The notes under the pieces were generated by a model that worked only from the letters and a program-made list of their open reading frames with translations, did not search any database and had not been told where the DNA came from. This document shows positions 1 to 3,731 of a stretch of 3,731 bases of DNA, one piece after another. Position 1 is the first letter of the stretch. Every line of letters begins with the position of its first letter. Source of the DNA: a plasmid; NCBI RefSeq assembly GCF_988243305.1, contig NZ_OZ547141.1. The stretch is one strand, 5' to 3'. The position numbers were made by a program, and so were the translations under genes.

Positions 1-457
<457 letters not shown>

Positions 458-486
458 TCAATATTATTGAAGCATTTACCAGGGTT

Positions 487-515
487 ATTGTCTCATGAGC
501 GGATACATATTTGAA
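487..515 (-). promoter_or_regulatory. bla P3 promoter (-10 GACAAT at 487-492, -35 TTCAAA at 510-515, 17-bp spacer)
   Basis: Hexamers read directly on the minus strand; the -10 lies 42-47 nt upstream of the bla ATG, consistent with the known Tn3 bla promoter layout. Confidence 0.7.
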
Positions 516-627
516 TGTATTTAGAAAAATAAACAAATAGGGGTTCCGCGCACATTTCCCCGAAAAGTGCCACCTGACGTCTAAGAAACCATTATTATCA
601 TGACATTAACCTATAAAAATAGGCGTA

Positions 628-1304
<677 letters not shown>

Positions 1305-1332
1305 TGTCAGCTTGTTTTTATGATATGAGAAC

Positions 1333-1361
1333 TTGAGATCCTTTCTATCTCGTCGTAATCT
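1333..1361 (+). promoter_or_regulatory. RNAII (replication primer) promoter: -35 TTGAGA 1333-1338, -10 TAATCT 1356-1361
   Basis: Same hexamers and 17-bp spacing as the pMB1/ColE1 RNAII promoter as I recall it (TTGAGATCC...CGTAATCT); sits immediately upstream of the RNAI-complementary region. Confidence 0.75.
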
Positions 1362-1371
1362 CTTGCTGTGT

Positions 1372-1479
1372 AAACGAAAAAACCGCCTTGCAGGGCGGTT
1401 TTTCGAAGGTTCTCAGAGCTACCAACTCTTTGAGCCGAGGTAACTGGCTTGGAGGAGCGCAGTCACCAAAACTTGTTCT
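1372..1479 (-). ncRNA. RNAI antisense copy-number control RNA (about 105-108 nt)
   Basis: Minus-strand sequence acaagttttggtgactgcgctcctccaagccagttacctcggctcaaagagttggtagctctgagaaccttcgaaaaaccgccctgcaaggcggttttttcgttt closely resembles p15A/ColE1 RNAI and ends in the G/C hairpin plus U-tract terminator. Confidence 0.8.
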
Positions 1480-1482
1480 TTC

Positions 1483-1512
1483 AGTTTAGCCTTAACAGGC
1501 GCATGACTTCAA
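1483..1512 (-). promoter_or_regulatory. RNAI promoter (-10 TAAACT, -35 TTGAAG on the minus strand)
   Basis: Hexamers read directly upstream of the RNAI 5' end; 18-bp spacer; position analogous to the ColE1 RNAI promoter. Confidence 0.55.
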
Positions 1513-1971
1513 GGCTAACTCCTCTAATTCGGTTACCAGTGGCTGCTGCCAGTGGCGATAAGTCGTGTCTTCTCGGTTTGGATTCAAGTCGATAGTTACC
1601 GGATAAGGCGCAGCGGTCGGACTGAACGGGGGGTTCGTGCATACAGTCCAGCTTGGAGCGAACGACCTACACCGGGCCGAGATACCAACAGCGTGAGCTA
1701 TGAGAAAGCGCCACGTTTCCCGAAGGGAGAAAGGCGGACAGGTATCCGGTAAGCGGCAGGGTCGGAACAGGAGAGCGCACGAGGGAGCTTCCAGGGGGAA
1801 ACGCCTGGTATCTTTATAGTCCTGTCGGGTTTCGCCACCTCTGACTTGAGCGTCGGTTTTTGTGATGCTCGTCAGGGGGGCGGAGCCTATGGAAAAACGC
1901 CATCGGCGCGGCCTTTGTCCCTGGCTTCGGCTTTTTGCTCACATGTTCTTTCCGGCGTTATCCCCTGATTC

Positions 1972-1980
1972 TGTGGATAA
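1972..1980 (-). promoter_or_regulatory. DnaA box (TTATCCACA)
   Basis: Exact consensus 9-mer on the minus strand within cggttatccacagaatcag, the same context as the DnaA box downstream of the pMB1 origin as I recall it. Confidence 0.5.
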
Positions 1981-2112
1981 CCGTATTACCGCCTTTGAGT
2001 GAGCTGACACCGCTCGCCGCAGTCGAACGACCGAGCGTAGCGAGTCAGTGAGCGAGGAAGCGGAAGAGCGCCTTATGTGACATTTTCTCCTTACGCTCCT
2101 CTATGCCGTTCT

Positions 2113-2129
2113 GCATCCTGTCCGGATGC
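2113..2129 (-). terminator. Short hairpin (6-bp stem GCATCC/GGATGC, 5-nt loop) directly after the rom stop codon; possible weak terminator
   Basis: Inverted repeat read directly from the sequence; no U-tract follows on the rom strand, so intrinsic-terminator function is doubtful. Confidence 0.3.
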
Positions 2130-2130
2130 G

Positions 2131-2325
2131 TTATATCCCGGTAAGATTTTCCGCTTCAAAGCGTGTCTGTATGCTGTTCTGAAGTTCTTCCGCGAGTTCG
2201 TGCAGCTTCTCACACATGGCGGCCTGTTCGTCAGCATCAAGTGCGTCCAGTTTTTCGAGCAGCGTCAGGCTCTGGCTTTTTATGAATCCTGCCATGTTGA
2301 GTACGGTTTGCTGCTGCTTGTTCAT
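2131..2325 (-). CDS. rom: Rom/Rop RNA one modulator protein (64 aa)
   Basis: ORF-track protein MNKQQQTVLNMAGFIKSQSLTLLEKLDALDADEQAAMCEKLHELAEELQNSIQTRFEAENLTGI aligns closely with ColE1 Rop (MTKQEKTALNMARFIRSQTLTLLEKLNELDADEQADICESLHDHADELYRS...); it is oriented toward the origin as in ColE1. Confidence 0.9.
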   Translation of the reverse strand: MNKQQQTVLNMAGFIKSQSLTLLEKLDALDADEQAAMCEKLHELAEELQNSIQTRFEAENLTGI

Positions 2326-2413
2326 CTTTCTGTTTTCTCCGTTCTTTCTGTCATCTGCGTTGTGTGATTATATCGCGTACCACTTTTCGACTGTTTTACC
2401 GTCGGTATTCTGC

Positions 2414-2447
2414 TGTCTGACTCTTTGACGGGCATTTCTGTCAGACA
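2414..2447. repeat. Inverted repeat, 8-bp arms TGTCTGAC / GTCAGACA with 18-bp spacer, in the rom-mobC intergenic region (function unassigned)
   Basis: Read directly from the sequence (arms 2414-2421 and 2440-2447). Confidence 0.8.
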
Positions 2448-2515
2448 ACACTGTCACTGCCAAAAAACTGCCGTGCCTTTGTCGGTAATTCGAGCTTGCT
2501 GACAGGACAGGATGT

Positions 2516-2557
2516 GCAATTGTTATACCGCGCATACATGCACGCTATTACAATTGC
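2516..2557. repeat. Inverted repeat, 12-bp arms GCAATTGTTATA / TATTACAATTGC (11/12 complementary) with 18-bp spacer, about 50 bp upstream of the mobC-like start; candidate operator or promoter element
   Basis: Read directly from the sequence; an adjacent short palindrome GCCCTG-gt-CAGGGC lies at 2556-2569. Confidence 0.75.
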
Positions 2558-2608
2558 CCTGGTCAGGGCTTTGCCCCGACACCCATGTCAGATACGGAGC
2601 CATGTTTT

Positions 2609-2932
2609 ATGACAAAACGAAGTGGAAGTAATACGCGCAGGCGGGCTATCAGTCGCCCTGTTCGTCTGACGGCAGAAGAAGACCAGGAAATCAGAAAAAG
2701 GGCTGCTGAATGCGGCAAGACCGTTTCCGGTTTTTTACGGGCGGCAGCTCTCGGTAAGAAAGTTAACTCACTGACTGATGATCGGGTACTGAAAGAAGTT
2801 ATGAGACTGGGGGCGTTACAGAAAAAACTCTTTATCGACGGCAAGCGTGTCGGGGACAGGGAGTATGCGGAGGTGCTGATCGCTATTACGGAGTATCACC
2901 GTGCCCTGTTATCCAGGCTTATGGCAGATTAG
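2609..2932 (+). CDS. mobC: MobC/MbeC-like relaxosome accessory protein with N-terminal ribbon-helix-helix DNA-binding fold (107 aa); family assignment is from recollection, not a search
   Basis: ORF-track protein 2585..2932; preferred start is the second ATG at 2609, which has a GGAG 9 nt upstream (2596-2599). After a basic N-terminal tail (TKRSGSNTRRRAISRP), the segment VRLTAEEDQEIRKRAAECGKTVSGFLRAAAL has the strand-helix-helix pattern of RHH proteins. Context is a ColE1-family replicon next to rom. Confidence 0.6.
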   Translation: MTKRSGSNTRRRAISRPVRLTAEEDQEIRKRAAECGKTVSGFLRAAALGKKVNSLTDDRVLKEVMRLGALQKKLFIDGKRVGDREYAEVLIAITEYHRALLSRLMAD

Positions 2933-3008
2933 CTTCCAGGGGAGAAAACTGTCGAAAACAGACGGTATGAACACTGTAAGCTCCCAAAGTGATCACCACT
3001 CGCTTTCA

Positions 3009-3022
3009 TGCATAGCTATGCA
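3009..3022. promoter_or_regulatory. Perfect 14-bp palindrome TGCATAGCTATGCA; ArgR-box-like element of the cer accessory region
   Basis: Palindrome read directly; resembles the ArgR box half-sites TGAAT/ATTCA with one mismatch each; centred about 108 bp upstream of the XerC arm. Confidence 0.45.
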
Positions 3023-3096
3023 GCGAGCTGAAAACGATCCTGACGCATTTCCCCGGTTTTCTTAGGGTAAAACATCTCTTTTTGCAGTGTCTGTGT

Positions 3097-3121
3097 CAGA
3101 ATCGCGCTCAGCGCGATTCTG
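3097..3121. repeat. Perfect hairpin: 11-bp arms CAGAATCGCGC / GCGCGATTCTG with 3-nt loop, abutting the XerC arm
   Basis: Read directly from the sequence; no flanking T-tract on either strand, so not a canonical intrinsic terminator. Confidence 0.85.
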
Positions 3122-3122
3122 T

Positions 3123-3152
3123 GGTGCGTACAATTAAGGGATTATGGTAAAT
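3123..3152. other. XerC/XerD core recombination site: XerC arm GGTGCGTACAA 3123-3133, central region TTAAGGGA 3134-3141, XerD arm TTATGGTAAAT 3142-3152
   Basis: Matches the ColE1 cer core GGTGCGTACAA-TTAAGGGA-TTATGGTAAAT from memory, with the 8-bp central region typical of cer-type rather than dif-type sites. Confidence 0.8.
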
Positions 3153-3168
3153 ACAATTGGTTAAATTA

Positions 3169-3206
3169 GGGGTCTGACGCTCAGTGGAACGAAAACTCAC
3201 GTTAAG
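3169..3206. repeat. Tn3 38-bp terminal inverted repeat (bla-proximal end, IR-R)
   Basis: GGGGTCTGACGCTCAGTGGAACGAAAACTCACGTTAAG matches the Tn3 terminal repeat as recalled; followed by the standard Tn3 sequence leading into the bla stop codon. The flanking 5 bp outside the repeat is AATTA (3164-3168), an AT-rich target. Confidence 0.9.
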
Positions 3207-3315
3207 GGATTTTGGTCATGAGATTATCAAAAAGGATCTTCACCTAGATCCTTTTAAATTAAAAATGAAGTTTTAAATCAATCTAAAGTATATATGAGTA
3301 AACTTGGTCTGACAG

Positions 3316-3731
<416 letters not shown>

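Larger units (their letters stand above)
1369..1925 (+). ncRNA. RNAII pre-primer and ColE1-type origin of replication (3' end / RNA-DNA transition approximate)
   Basis: Region 1500-2066 is near-identical in long stretches to the pMB1 origin as recalled (e.g. ccagtggcgataagtcgtgtctt..., ggataaggcgcagcggtcgg..., gggggaaacgcctggtatctttatagtcctgtcgggtttcgccacctctgacttgagcgtcg...). The end is placed about 555 nt from the start by analogy with ColE1. Confidence 0.8.
2940..3152. other. cer-type XerCD multimer-resolution site (accessory sequences plus core)
   Basis: Core 3123-3152 matches the ColE1 cer core exactly as I recall it. An ArgR-box-like palindrome lies about 100 bp upstream (3009-3022), and the roughly 190 bp of accessory sequence upstream of the core is the expected cer length. 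Confidence 0.75.

Noticed and set aside
1552-1752. 66-aa plus-strand ORF
   Set aside because: Lies inside the highly conserved RNAII/origin region, which is not known to be protein-coding; Arg/Gly-rich low-complexity translation.
2067-2130. pBR322-style bom/oriT between rom and the origin
   Set aside because: Only about 65 bp separate the rom stop from the end of origin homology, too short for a bom site; no similarity to the recalled pBR322 nic region.
2077-2428. Two plus-strand ORFs (2077..2367 and 2216..2428)
   Set aside because: Both are antisense to rom and extend into the intergenic region; hydrophobic low-complexity translations without start signals.
2585-2608. Upstream ATG at 2585 as the mobC-like start
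   Set aside because: No Shine-Dalgarno sequence upstream, whereas the ATG at 2609 has GGAG at 9-nt spacing; kept as an alternative only.
2563-2844. 93-aa minus-strand ORF
   Set aside because: Antisense to the mobC-like gene, which has the better start context and a recognisable fold.
2967-3065. 32-codon plus-strand ORF starting ATGAACACT
   Set aside because: Short, no ribosome-binding site, and lies within the cer accessory sequences including the ArgR-box-like palindrome.
2933-3168. Possible truncated 5' end of a relaxase gene between the mobC-like gene and the Tn3 repeat
   Set aside because: All three plus-strand frames hit stop codons within the last 100 bp before 3169 (e.g. TAA at 3148-3150, TAG at 3063-3065); the region is better explained as a cer-type site.

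Overview
The window reads as a complete, circularly permuted small (about 3.7 kb) ColE1-family plasmid carrying a truncated Tn3-family transposon; I see no evidence of a novel biological system. The two window ends join in-frame inside a TEM-1 beta-lactamase gene on the minus strand. Reading along the plus strand: bla 5' part with its P3 promoter (1-515), tnpR resolvase (628-1185), the three-subsite res site (1191-1304), a ColE1-type origin with RNAII/RNAI (about 1333-1925), rom (2131-2325, minus), a divergently transcribed mobC-like ribbon-helix-helix gene (2609-2932), a cer-type XerCD site (about 2940-3152), the Tn3 38-bp terminal inverted repeat (3169-3206) and the bla 3' part (3316-3731). 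The points worth a second look are architectural: the transposon lacks tnpA and its second inverted repeat and appears to end at the res site I crossover; the mobC-like gene has no relaxase partner; and two multimer-resolution systems coexist. All identifications rest on reading the sequence and on recalled reference sequences; no database search was possible.
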